Below are positions 1 to 14,546 of a DNA stretch of 64,000 bases, one piece after another (the stretch's first letter is position 1; the number at the start of each line of letters is the position of its first letter). Location of the stretch: assembly GCA_002269645.1 (NCBI GenBank), contig NIVC01000598.1:718286-782285 (forward strand), in the 5' to 3' direction. This DNA comes from Macrostomum lignano (taxonomy: Eukaryota). The position numbers and the translations under genes are program-made. The notes under the pieces are model-generated. The model was not told the DNA's origin and ran no database searches. It saw nothing but the letters and a program-made list of their open reading frames with translations.

Positions 1-468
1 AGTAATTGTAAAGGGGCTATGATGGTCATTGTTAGGGGGCTATGATAGTAATTGTAAAGGGGCTATGATGGTCATTGTAAAGGGGCTATGATAGTAATTG
101 TAAAGGGGCTATGATGGTCATTGTAAAGGGGCTATGATGGTCATTGTTAGGGGGCTATGATAGTAATTGTAAAGGGGCTATGATGGTCATTGTAAAGGGG
201 CTATGATAGTAATTGTAAAGGGGCTATGATAGTAATTGTAAAGGGGCTATGATGGTCATTGTTAGGGGGCTATGATAGTAATTGTAAAGGGGCTATGATG
301 GTCATTGTAAAGGGGCTATGATAGTAATTGTAAAGGGGCTATGATAGTAATTGTAAAGGGGCTATGATGGTCATTGTTAGGGGGCTATGATAGTAATTGT
401 AAAGGGGCTATGATAGTAATTGTAAAGGGCTATGATAGTAATTGTAAAGGGGCTATGATGGTCATTGT
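1..468. repeat. 23-bp minisatellite (ATTGTAAAGGGGCTATGATAGTA / ...GATGGTC), truncated by the window start
   Basis: Direct tandem copies with two alternating variants. Confidence 0.95.
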
Positions 469-1321
469 GAGTGAGCTATGAGGGTCCAATATAAAAGCTG
501 TTTAACTGATCGATAAAAACAAACAGTCCTAAAATCCAGAAATCCCTGTATTTGCAATCTAATTTTAATACAAAATCCTCAAACTCTTAAGCACAGTCTC
601 ATATTTTTCTTGAAAAATTTCTCAAAATCAGAAAAGAGAAAATAGCCTAAGCAGTTTGAGAAGAGCATATTGAAATTGAGAAACTGTGTGGTTATTAGGT
701 ATATTTATGGTGCCAAATAGGCTTCAGGGCTGCGCTAAGGATGGGAGGAACTTGAGAACTTGACCAGCCATAGCTGCCATTGCGTCACACTTTCCTTTCC
801 TTGGGACAAGTGGGCTTGGGAGGAGGGAAAGCGTATCCCATTTTTCTTTTATTCAGGGGGATTTTGAAAGCGAGAGGAGATGAATACAAGGGGCAGGAAG
901 GGCTCTTGCCTCCTCAGTCCAGAGCCTGGGCCTCCATGCAGCAAAGTCTAGAAGAGCAACAAGGTTTTCTGGATGGTGAGGAAGGGCTATGCTGCTATAC
1001 GATTGAGTCATCCGGCATCCAGGTGACAGGTGCGAGTGAAAGTGACTGACAAGCGTGAACAGTGCGATAGTGTGACTATTGTGTAAATTATATATTATAT
1101 GCTGTCAAGCCATTTTGGCCCAGCCGTCTTGTCACGCACACTTCCTGGGGGTGCTTGGGCACGAGCTGTTAAAAATAAATAAACTGCACTTAACTGAGGT
1201 GACTGCGCTAGGAATGACTGGGTGCTGGGGTGTCCGAAGGACTGCTTTCACAAAGTGGGTCACCAATACCTAAATATTAGGATGTCATCAATCAGCTATC
1301 CCAGGGTTTGCTTTGTCTTAA

Positions 1322-2428
<1,107 letters not shown>

Positions 2429-4591
2429 GGTAGGTAAGTAGATTCTCCTTTTTCGAACCTGGTCCAACACCTTTATTCGATCCACCCCGCGACAACCCCT
2501 CCCGCGCCCTCAGCAGCGCCTCCCCCGAGGCCAAACACACGGCACAAGTTTTTATTCTGTTTGCGCAGCGCCAACCGGGCGCTCGAACAGACCAGGCAAC
2601 AATCTCCGGGGTGGGTGGAGAAGCCGGTGAAAACTGCGGGCCGAGTTGAAATGAAAGCAGAGCCGAACTAGCTGGAAATCGCATCGACTGTTTATTTGCA
2701 ATCTCTGACTATCTGAAGAATTCAATCTGGCAGAAATTTCTCATTTCCACATTCGACTCGCAGAAACCAAGCGGACTTTCCCGTACAATAAGCTTCCCAT
2801 TTTGAAGAGTAGTTGGCCACCCTCAGGTCGAAGGTCTTAAGAAATCTTGCCTAGAAAACTATCGGAGAAGTTTTATCTGACACTCAACTGACGTCAAATG
2901 TCAATACTGTTGCTAAGGAGACAGATTTACTACTGTCAACTTTGGTATTGTTGTTACGCAATAAAATAAAAGTCAATTCAAAGTCTATGGAGCTTATCGG
3001 ATGAGGCGCAGACTCTGGAGATAATGAAACTTTGAAAAGATGAGCTTTCGAGACGAGAGATAAGAAGCCAGACTTGGAGCTCGGCAAATAATATATCTCG
3101 TCCTAGTTCTCAATTGCAGCAGCAGATATGAGGCGTCGGGAAGCTGGAACAAAATAAGTGAAATCGGAGTCGGAGAGTGGGGTGGGGGTTGGGTGTGGGG
3201 GCGGATAAAAATGACGAGTATGGAAGTTGACGCGAGCTGACAAGCCGTCACGGAACGCTGCCTCACTGAGCTCGGAACCCCCCCCCCTCTTTGTCGTACG
3301 CCCCGAATCCCTTGAAGGCTAAAAATCTACAAAACTGACTGCACTGCTGCCGACTCTCGGCATTTCCAACTCGCATTTGCTCGATTTTTCGAAGCCTTGG
3401 AATTCTTGAGACCGGAAAACTAGAGGTCCCTTTCCATTAATGGGGTATACTTCTAGGGCAGGTAAACCAGAGGTCCTTAGCCTTAATCGGGTCTACTTCC
3501 AGGCCAGGTATCTATAGAAGTCCCCACTCGGGGATTTCATGCCAGCTTTCCTCGGTAACATAAAAAACGGGATTTAATTCTTGTTTCACCCCGTTTCAGA
3601 AGAAGTCAAGTTCCAACGCCAGATTGCGGCGAGCCTTGGGCGGAATTGGAGTGCCGATGTTCTGCCCAGCAACCCGGCTAAAATCCTCACGTGCGGCATT
3701 CTGTTTATCTCGCTCCCATCATCGCTCTCTGGCAGTCATTTCCGCCTAACTACTGGGGCGCGTTTGAAAAACCGAGCATAATCGATTAAAGTACATCTAA
3801 TTTTTGAACATGGAAATTTAATTCAATTTTCAGCCTGCCTCTTCAATTTCTTGATAGTCTCAAATTGACTGGTTTACAGGTAAAAACCTTCCAGGTAGAA
3901 CTATCTACGAGCTCGTACTAGTGATTATTTTTGCTCTGTTGCAACAGCTGATTCACCCTTAATTGCGAACTCCGAGATGACCCTTTCCCCCAGATACTGG
4001 CCGATAAACAAAAGCTGCACAGCAAAGCTTCCCCCCCGTCATCATCATCATCAAGATGGCTGGGTGAATCAAAGATAGGTATCTACGGCCTCGGGTGGAA
4101 AGCAACGGTTTGCCCTCTTAAGTCCCAGATTGACACCAGGCTCAGGTTTCTTAGTCCATCGCATAGCCAGCACACGGCGCCCCTAAGGCTGCAAACACTT
4201 GTGGTCCGGGGCTCCAGTCCTTGCCAATTATCTCTCAGGTTTAGGAGAGAGGGAAAGTTTGACAGGGGCGACCCAGCCTCCTTGTTATCAGCTGGAACTT
4301 GAAGCGTCTTCACTGCTGCTTCCGGGTGAGGCGCAATCCATCTGGAAGGCTTCGCTGTCAGTGCTTGACAGCCAAGGCAGAGGTCGTGTGAACTTCAGTT
4401 CGTGTTTCTGGGGCCCAGTACGCTGCACTTGCAGACTTCATAAACGCCACTTTTATTGTTAATTCTGGAAGCTCGATCTTAAAAGTTATGCGTGGTTTTT
4501 TGTGTTTAGCATCTCAATTTCTGTAGACAATTGCTGTGTCATGGTGGCCAAGTTATTGGTTTCAACTGTATGCGTTGGTGTGTCACTGGGA

Positions 4592-4912
4592 GGGGGGCGT
4601 AGCCCAGTGGTCTAGAGCCCAGCGCTCTTGTGTACGAGCGGCCCAGGCTCGATTCCAAGTGCAGTCACATTAATTTGTGGTTGAATTGGAATCTCGGCTT
4701 GGCTCTGCTTGTGCAATTAACGGCCAAACCCCCCAAGGCACAGTGAAGTGTACATGCCTAACGATAAATAAGTTAGGGCCGCTGTGCACTCCTGTAAGAC
4801 TACTTGCGTATTCGCGGTTGTGTAACAATGCCGCCTAAAGTGCGCCAAGGTGCACACAGCCCCTGAATTTGTGGTCCTAATGCTTGGTTCGATGCATATG
4901 CACAGCATTTAT
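4592..4912 (+). mobile_element. tRNA-derived SINE, family A, copy 1
   Basis: Box A-like TAGCCCAGTGG and box B-like GGCTCGATTCC. The body (GGAATCTCGGCTTGGCTCTGCT...GTTAGGGCCGCTGT) is shared with 11917-12180. Confidence 0.75.
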
Positions 4913-5814
4913 ATAATCTGCCTTCAGTACGAGAAAATGGGACAATAAATTTTTTTCCTCAAGACAGATTTTGCAGACAATTACCTAGCTGACTAACTTC
5001 CTGCAATGTCCAGGTGTCAGATGCTTCAATTGGGGTTTTAAAAGCTTCATGCCTGCACGGAAGGAACTGCATTAGCGCCGAAAAAAAGAAACTTCCCACT
5101 GAACAGAATGTGAATCGCAATCCTATCACATCCCATCGTACCCCATGAGCAGATCGAAGTCACAGAAGACAATAGAACTGTCAATTCAGCCCTGCACCCT
5201 CCGATTGACTCATTCTCCCCATCGCGCCGTATCAGTTATCCCTCCTGCCTATTAAGGCTCAGGAAGTGGGCAATAATTCCCAGCAATGACCGGCATTAAT
5301 CTACGCTGGAGCAGTCAGCAGTCTTTGTTCCCTTCTATCTCATTATCTCCCAAGTTCTCAACTCAAAATTGCCAGTTCAGTTCTTTTGTCAGCTGGGGCT
5401 GAAGATGGAGCTGGCCTGGGCTATCTGCCGCCAGATGGAGGGGGGCAGCGGCCAAGTCACGTGACTTCAGACTGAGGCTGACTGACGTGCGACATAACAC
5501 GGGTTCACACTTCCTTCGCAGCCTCACCCACTCTCTCTCTCTCCTTCATCCCCACTCCCAGCTGGCAGGAGCCGATGATGGCCAAAGCGCCGGGGGTCAG
5601 TGGCGGCTGGCAGCAGCAATCCGCCCCCCAGCGGAAGCAAATAACTAGGCTAGTAAAAGAAGATGAAGAAGTGAAGCCGGAATAGGAGAAAAAGTTTAAA
5701 GTGGAATCGCATTTCCTGCGCGACTGGAACTCCACTGTCACTCTCGATTCAGACTGAATATAATTTTATCTGGCTGCGTCCATCGGTCTGCTTTGACAGT
5801 CGGGCCTTTTCACG

Positions 5815-6079
<265 letters not shown>

Positions 6080-7673
6080 GCATTAAAATAGACAAACACT
6101 AAGACATGAAAGCAGACAGACAGATCTACACAAAATAATCCTCCAACCCCAAGCACAACGCAAATACAGCCGAGATTTCTTAGAATCCCCTGGACCGGCC
6201 GGAGACGCGGGATTAGTGAGCTGCCCGTCAGAATAGCAGCAGACAAGCCCACAGAGAAGCCGCTGCTTCAGAGCCAAGCAGCGAATCCCTCACTCTCATC
6301 CCTGAGCCCAGGATTGAGGAGAACTCTCGCCCTCAGGGGGCCTATAATTTCAATTGAACTGATTGCCACAACCGATTAGTAGAGCACCGCTGTGGGGGGG
6401 GGCAGAATTGAGTGGGAGGAAGCGGGGGGAATGCTTGGGAGAGGAGAAAGGGAAAAACCGTTAGGGACCCGTCCAGTCGCGTCAACGACTGCCACACCCC
6501 CATCCGCTGCCGTCGTGACGTAACTGAGGGTGGGACAGCTGGGGCGAATGAAAACAGCTTTAGCCCCCGTTCCGTCATCCTCTCTCTCTCTCTTATAAGC
6601 TCTCTCTTAAGCTGTCCAGCCGCCATTTTGATGAATATTGGAGTTTGAGTCGGGTATTGGAGTTGAAAAAAAATAAATGAGACAGAATGATTTCATGCCA
6701 GAAACTGCTGTAAGATTTCTGAGAAAAGAGGTCCCCCTCTCCCGATGCCTCGGTGAAAATCGTGTGTCTTGCGGAGGGCGAAACCCAAAACTTTGACACC
6801 TCAGCTGACACTTCAGCTGGCAGGCTCCTCATCGTAACTTCTTATATAATCATCAATATTCGAAGGAGGGCTGCGGGTGTACTCATGCCCACGCTCACAC
6901 AGGGTTTACATCGGCCTTGGCTTTAGCAAGGAGTGCAGCTGCATGCGATGGGGGTCAAGCAAAACACAGAGGATTGGATCCCCTCCTATCTGGCGGCGGT
7001 TCTCGCTCTGGGAAATTTACAATCGGAAAAGTGAGCCAGTAAACTCAATCTCATCCGTGCATCTGAGCTGCTCAAACTGCATGAGCCAAGCGTCTTAAGC
7101 TCGACCTCTCGGATCGCAAACAAGTCTTTTCCCCGGAACCTAATCAGCCGCTGAGGAGCAAATACACGCCGGAGGATTGAGCCGCTCTAACTAAATTAGA
7201 CAGCCCCCCAGCAGACTGGAGCTCTTCACTGCTGCCAGAGACGAACTGCGCATAAACTGATCAGTTTAGCTGAACAGCCAATTCCTGGAAATCTGCACTC
7301 CGTTAGCTTGTGCCGGACCAAGGAGAAAAGTGCCTTACTTATTGATTGATATATTGATAGATAGGATATAAATTTATAGCTTAAAACCGGTTGTAGAAGC
7401 ATGTGTATTAAGCTTGATGAAGCCTATTTGAACGGCTGGGCCATGCAGACACTATGAGCACACAGCTTCCTTGCATCATTGATTTGGTTATGCCAATCCT
7501 TGGGCTAGTGGAGTATCATACAGCGGCTGTTTTGACGACCGATCCGTCCCAGCAGACGGAGGATTGAGAACATCGATTCTATTCCCGTCTGTCTGACACT
7601 CCTTGCTCCCATCTCTCATCTCATTGTGAGATTTGAGACTCGGGGACTTGGCACCTCTCTGACACTTAAACTA

Positions 7674-8080
7674 GCGCCTCTCTGACACCCAAATTGGCGC
7701 CTCTCTGGCACACCAATTGGCGTCTCTCTGACACCCGAATTGGCGCCTCTCTGACACCCGAATTGGCGCCTCTCTGACACACAAATTGGCGCCTTTCAGA
7801 CACCCGAATTGGCGCCTTTCAGACACCCGAATTGGCGCCTCTCTGACACCCGAATTGGCGCCTTTCAGACACCCGAATTGGCGCCTCTCTGACACCCGAA
7901 TTGGCGCCTTTCAGACACCCGAATTGGCGCCTCTCTGACACCCGAATTGGCGCCTTTCAGACACCCGAATTGGCGCCTCTCTGACACCCGAATTGGCGCC
8001 TTTCAGACACCCGAATTGGCGCCTCTCTGACACCCGAATTGGCGCCTTTTTGATACCCGAATTGGCGCCTATCTGATACC
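7674..8080. repeat. 23-bp minisatellite (GACACCCGAATTGGCGCCTCTCT)
   Basis: Direct tandem copies. Confidence 0.95.
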
Positions 8081-8761
8081 CTGAAAAGGCACCTTTTGCT
8101 GAAGCTCTAATCAGCCGCCCTAACCTGAACATAACGAGCTCGTCTGACACACCCAAACCAGTTAGTCCTTAATTATTTATGATAATTTATTACAAAGCCA
8201 ATACAACTTTGAGATGCTGCATTATCTATTTTTGCAATTTCTGACCTAAAAACTTTAGTCTCGCTTTCTTTCAATCCAAATGGTTTAAGAGTCCATGAAT
8301 AAAACCTTAGCAAAGGACTTCTCGCTAACACCGGACGGGTAGTTGTGGGGGGATAACAGCAAGAGAGAAGCAGGAGAGGTCGATTCGCTTTCAGATCCGC
8401 AAAACCCGAGCTGGAGCGGAATCGAAATGGGATTAAATCCCGCGCGCCGGACCTCTCCCTCTACTCCTCCCTCCCAAATTCCTCGAGATCCTTAATCTGC
8501 ATCTCACCTTCGGCGCAGTACGAACGAAGTCACTGGAGCAATGAATTGGAATTTGGAAATGGGAGAGGGAGAGGCGAGCAAATCAAAGTATGGGAAGACG
8601 GTTCCCCTTCCCAAACTGTCATAGAAGTGGGACAAAATGCCCCCGACACTGGCTAATCGTATTTTCGCACTCCCCAGCTAGCTGGCGGGTCCCGGAACCA
8701 TGAGGAATGTTTTGTGCAGCCTTCTCGTTGAAGTTTCTTGGCTTTTATTTGCTTTACAATT

Positions 8762-8867
<106 letters not shown>

Positions 8868-9045
8868 GAGTATTCAATCGATAAAGCAGATTTTAGATGG
8901 AGCGCATGTTCACGTTAATGTAGCCATTTTTGTAACAAATATTAAGTGCTGAGACGATGGGCGGACCTGCGGTACTTGGATTCTACTTGATGTAACTTAT
9001 ATTAAATGGGTTAAACAGTTGTGAGCACTGATCTTCATAATTCCC

Positions 9046-9390
9046 AAACTTGAACAATCCACAGACTTGCACAATCCACAAACTTGAACAATCCACAAAC
9101 TTGAACAATCCACAAACTTGAACAATCCACAAACTTGAACAATCCACAAACTTGAACAATCCACAAACTTGAACAATCCACAAACTTGAACAATCCACAA
9201 ACTTGAACAATCCACAAACTTGAACAATCCACAAACTTGAACAATCCACAAACTTGAACAATACACAAACTTGAACAATACACAAACCTAAAGAATCCAC
9301 AAACTTGAACAATCCACAAACTTGAACAATCCACAAACTTAAACAATCAACAAACTTGAACAATCCACAAGCTTGCACAGACTTAAACAA
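9046..9390. repeat. 17-bp minisatellite (CAAACTTGAACAATCCA)
   Basis: Direct tandem copies. Confidence 0.95.
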
Positions 9391-10002
9391 GCCTACCTAC
9401 AATAGTACAATTTAATTGACCGCACAGCAACTTTTTTCTTTGTTTGACAAAGAAATGACGGACATTGCAGCCGTGTCAGTTGCTAGGAGGGAAGCGAAAG
9501 TCAGTCGGAGAATGACATCCCGCAGAGAAAGGCATTCGCGATGCGATTTTCAATATAACGACTCTAGGTGTTCATCAGCAGGGATAAACGCTGTGGTTAG
9601 CGATGAGGGAGGAGGGGCAGCGAGATCGGAGACTGCATCGGCCGAGGGGTAAAGCAAAAAAAGATAAAGACAAAAAATGCCAACAAGGAAGGGGCCGCGC
9701 CTGAATGCGATGAGGACAAGCGGGCCAGCTGGGCAGTTGCTGAACTGATTTAAAGAGGGCAAAAGGCCCCCCCCCCAACCCACGCCCGAAGCGAAAGAAT
9801 CCGAATGGAAGCAGCGTTTGCTGTTGATTTGACAGACTGATGAGCTCCTCATATCTATTGAGATCTGCAGCTTTGATGCTGAGAGGGCACGCGATGGAGA
9901 CTTTTTTTCCCACGCGGGCGCCTCATCAGTGCGCTGGAAATCTGCCCCTTGCTGCTGCTTTACTAATGTTGAAGCTGCGAGCGGCAAAACTAACAATTTG
10001 AT

Positions 10003-10330
<328 letters not shown>

Positions 10331-11916
10331 AAGACACTTGGTTCTATTTTGACTGTCTCTCAAAGTTGGCGATAAAGCGGACCCCCCCCTCCCCAAGGGC
10401 AGTCAGCGGCGGCGGCAGTCAGCAGCTGTCCGGCGGTGTCCTCCCCCATCCTGCAGGCCCGAGCCTCGGCGGGGGTCAGCTGGACAGGCGTCGAGGCGTG
10501 AGTGATGGAATGGGAGGCGGCGGGTCAGCGCGATTGCGTCATCAGCAGTCCCAAGTGGCCGGAAGACGCAGCCCGAGCCCCCGAGTGAGTCTGTCGGGGA
10601 CGCGGCAACTGCTTTGGCCGACCGAGAGACAGAGAAGCCGACGGTTTATTAAAAGAAGCAAGTTGATCAGAAACTGCGAGGCCAACTGCTTCGAATGGGG
10701 TGGGAGAGGGTGGCGACCCGCGCCCTCAAGTTGTCGTCACCTGACGTCCAACATCCGAATCGAACTCCCGAAAAGAAGGCAAGATTGGAAAATCGGAATT
10801 AACCAAAAGAAGTGTGAATTCAGAGCTTTAAATTGGCTCAGTGTTGTTGTTTCATTTTTGACTCCAAATGGGAGGCGGCGCCCCGGATGGAAACTGCACG
10901 CGCTGGTTGCATAGAAACGCAAATAAGCAAGGATATGGTCAAGGGCGCGATGACTCATCTTAGCTGAAATTCAGAACCTTCCGGTTCTATGAACGGTGAA
11001 TCTTCGAGTTGGATTCCGAAGGCCTTGGAAATGAGTAGCAAACAAAAAGCGCCTCTCTAAGAATGAGTCTTCATTAACAAGAGCGATTTCTATACAAAGA
11101 TTTACCACAGAACAAAATATGATGTCCCGGATGCAACCTATAAGGGAATATCTGCATTTTCCAGTAAAATTTTCTGGCAGAAATTGAGTCCAGCCATTGA
11201 GAGCAGCGCAGCTGCAGCCTCTCTGCATTTTGAATGCTCAAAGTGAAACTTCAGAAACTGCACTGACACCCTGTCACGGGGGGGGGGGGCTTACGTAGGC
11301 GATGCAAATTTTCTTTTAGAAGCAACAGAGTTTTTTTATTCCCCCCCAGCTCAAAAGTTGCTGACACGAGAAGTCGAAAACGGAGGCTGAAGTGGGGGAT
11401 CCACCGGAGACCCACTTGTGTGGGAGAGAACTGCTGACTGCTAGCATGGCGACGAAGGAAAACGAAGTATTGCTGCTATGTGGCACAAGTTTTCGGGATG
11501 TGCTACGCTGCGACGCGCGCACACCATTTCCCAATTAAGAGCCAATTTTCGTAGCACCCGCTCTCTCGCAGTGCACTGGCACAGCCGGCAATCTTGCTGT
11601 ATAATCTAACTCAGTTGGCTCCGGCTTTTGTGCAGGCAAAACTTACAAACTCTCGCAACCGCTTCCCTGCTTGTTGCCGTGAAATCTGTTTTACATCACG
11701 GGCCAAGCAGCCTTGCTGACAGTGCAAGGATGCGCGATTAACGGCGCTAAAAGTTATCTAATACGATCGCAGTTTGGCCAAAATGATATTTCCTGTTGCC
11801 AAGAGGAAAAGAGAAATGGCGAGAAAAGAACCCAAATCATTAAACGTAGCTTATTTATCGTTTTTTAAAAAACCGTAGGGCATAAAATGATTTACAATAC
11901 ATATCGGTAATCAAAA

Positions 11917-12180
11917 GGGGGAGGGTGTAGCCTAGTTGGTCTAGTGAGGCGCTCTGATGCGCCAGCGGCCGAAGCTCGATTCTAAGTGCAGTCGCATTAA
12001 TTTAGGGATAAATTGGAATCTCGGCTTGGCTCTGCTCGTGAGATTAACGCCCTTGAGGACCAACCCCAAGTCACCTTGAAATGTACATGCCCAACGATAA
12101 ATAAAGTTAGGGCCGCTGTACACTCCCGTGTGAGTGTGTGCCTGTGCGTATGACTGCGTACGTATCCGCATGCTTGTGTG
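11917..12180 (+). mobile_element. tRNA-derived SINE, family A, copy 2
   Basis: TAGCCTAGTTGG and GCTCGATTCT boxes. Colinear similarity with 4592-4912. Confidence 0.75.
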
Positions 12181-13149
12181 CCTGCTCAGGGGAGTCGGGG
12201 CAGAATGGGCAAGTAATTCCTCTCGCGCTAAGGTAGTGCGCTAAGGTCAAACCAGTGCTGGCTAAAATTTATTGCATTCATATTTCTTGAAATTTAAATT
12301 AAATGTTTCAAGTTGCTTTTCTAAGAAATGAGATGTAGTGTTATAGTTGACTTATTTAATCTGTACTTGAAGCATACAAAAATCCATCTCACAGAGGCTG
12401 GGTCCCCTGCATTTTGCATTTTTCTGCCCCATCTCTCTAGCCTCTCTAGCCACGCGCTGACTTGCATTTCCTATGCACTCATAGTTTTCCTGACCGAGAG
12501 TCCCGAGCCCTGCCACTGCTTCAACCACAACCCCACCCAGTCGCTCATATTGGAGTCGGGAGCAGGGATACGCCCCTGCAACAGGATGGCTGTCACCACT
12601 CAGCTTTGGCACCTCCCGCTGTCAACCTGCCAATCCCGGGCTTCGATTGTCTGCCTGCCTGTCAAAGCTGGCCTTGCAATTCCTGTGGCTGTCTCCCGCC
12701 CCTCAGCTTGTAGTTTTCTAGTTCTTTTTTTTCCCAAAGCCAAACGATTGCAGCTGGGTCCAGGGGAAGGGCGGGCTGCAGCGCGTGATGGGAAATTAAA
12801 TTTCTAAAAAAATGATGTTGAAAGCGCAGAACGCGGGTTGCATGCTGGCAGTTTGGGATATGCTATTTGCGGTGCGGGGTGGTGGCTGGGGAGTGAAGAC
12901 AGGTGCCTAACATAATCATAATTATCAGACGAAAAACGAGGGGAGGGAGCTAGGGAAAAAGTGCTAGAAGGGTTGGGTTCCATTTTTGATGGGTAAATTG
13001 CCACTGCTGTTCCATTGTACGCATTGCCTAGAGTACAATTTTATAACTTATTTGACAAGTGAATATTTAACTGAAGAAGCTGAGAGAGAAATAAGGAGAG
13101 AGAAGGGAGAGAATAGAGAGATATAAGGGGAAGAGAGAGAAGGCAGAGA

Positions 13150-14546
13150 AATGGAGAGTAGGGAGAGAAGGGAGAGAAGGGAGAGAAGGGAGAGAAGGGA
13201 AATAAGGGAGAGTAGGGAGAGAAGGGAGAGAAGGGAGAGAAGGGAGATAAGGGAGAGTAGGGAGAGAAGGGAGAGAAGGGAGAGAAGGAAGAGAAGGGAG
13301 AGAAGGGAGAGAAGGAAGAGAAGGGAGAGAAGGGAGAGAAGGGAGATAAGGGAGAGTAGGGAGAGAAGGGAGAGAAGGGAGAGAAGGGAGATAAGGGAGA
13401 GTAGGGAGAGAAGGGAGAGAAGGGAGAGAAGGGAGATAAGGGAGAGTAGGGAGAGAAGGGAGAGAAGGGAGAGAAGGAAGAGAAGGGAGAGAAGGGAGAG
13501 AAGGGAGAGAAGGGAGAGAAGGGAGAGAAGGAAGAGAAGGAAGAGAAGGAAGAGAAGGGAGAGAAGGGAGAGAAGGGAGAGAAGGGAGAGAAGGGAGAGA
13601 AGGGAGAGAAGGGAGAGAAGGAAGAGAAGGGAGAGAAGGGAGAGAAGGGAGAGAAGGGAGAGAAGGGAGAGAAGGGAGAGAAGGGAGAGAAGGGAGAGAA
13701 GGGAGAGAAGGAAGAGAAGGGAGAGAAGGGAGAGAAGGGAGAGAAGGGAGAGAAGGGAGAGAAGGGAGAGAAGGGAGAGAAGGGAGAGAAGGGAGAGAAG
13801 GGAGAGAAGGGAGAGAAGGGAGAGAAGGGAGAGAAGGGAGAGAAGGAAGAGAAGGGAGAGAAGGGAGAGAAGGGAGAGAAGGGAGAGAAGGGAGAGAAGG
13901 GAGAGAAGGGAGAGAAGGGAGAGAAGGAAGAGAAGAAAGAGAAGGGAGAGAAGGGAGAGAAGGGAGAGAAGGGAGAGAAGGGAGAGAAGGGAGAGAAGGG
14001 AGAGAAGGGAGAGAAGGGAGAGAAGGGAGAGAAGGGAGAGTAGGGAGAGAAGGGAGAGAAGGGAGAGAAGGGAGAGAAGGAAGAGAAGGAAGAGAAGGGA
14101 GAGAAGGGAGAGAAGGGAGAGAAGGGAGAGAAGGAAGAGAAGAAAGAGAAGGGAGAGAAGGGAGAGAAGGGAGAGAAGGGAGAGAAGGGAGAGAAGGGAG
14201 AGAAGGGAGAGAAGGGAGAGAAGGGAGAGAAGGGAGAGAAGGGAGAGAAGGGAGAGTAGGGAGAGAAGGGAGAGAAGGGAGAGAAGGAAGAGAAGGGAGA
14301 GTAGGGAGAGAAGGGAGAGAAGGGAGAGAAGGGAGAGAAGGGAGAGAAGGGAGAGAAGGGAGAGAAGGGAGAGAAGGGAGAGAAGGGAGAGTAGGGAGAG
14401 AAGGGAGAGAAGGGAGAGAAGGAAGAGAAGGGAGAGTAGGGAGAGAAGGGAGAGAAGGGAGAGAAGGGAGAGAAGGGAGAGAAGGGAGAGAAGGGAGAGT
14501 AGGGAGAGAAGGGAGAGAAGGGAGAGAAGGAAGAGAAGGGAGAGAG
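13150..14546. repeat. 9-bp purine-rich satellite (GGGAGAGAA)n
   Basis: Direct sequence. Source of the ERR/SPF/LLS/PSL pseudo-ORFs. Confidence 0.98.
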
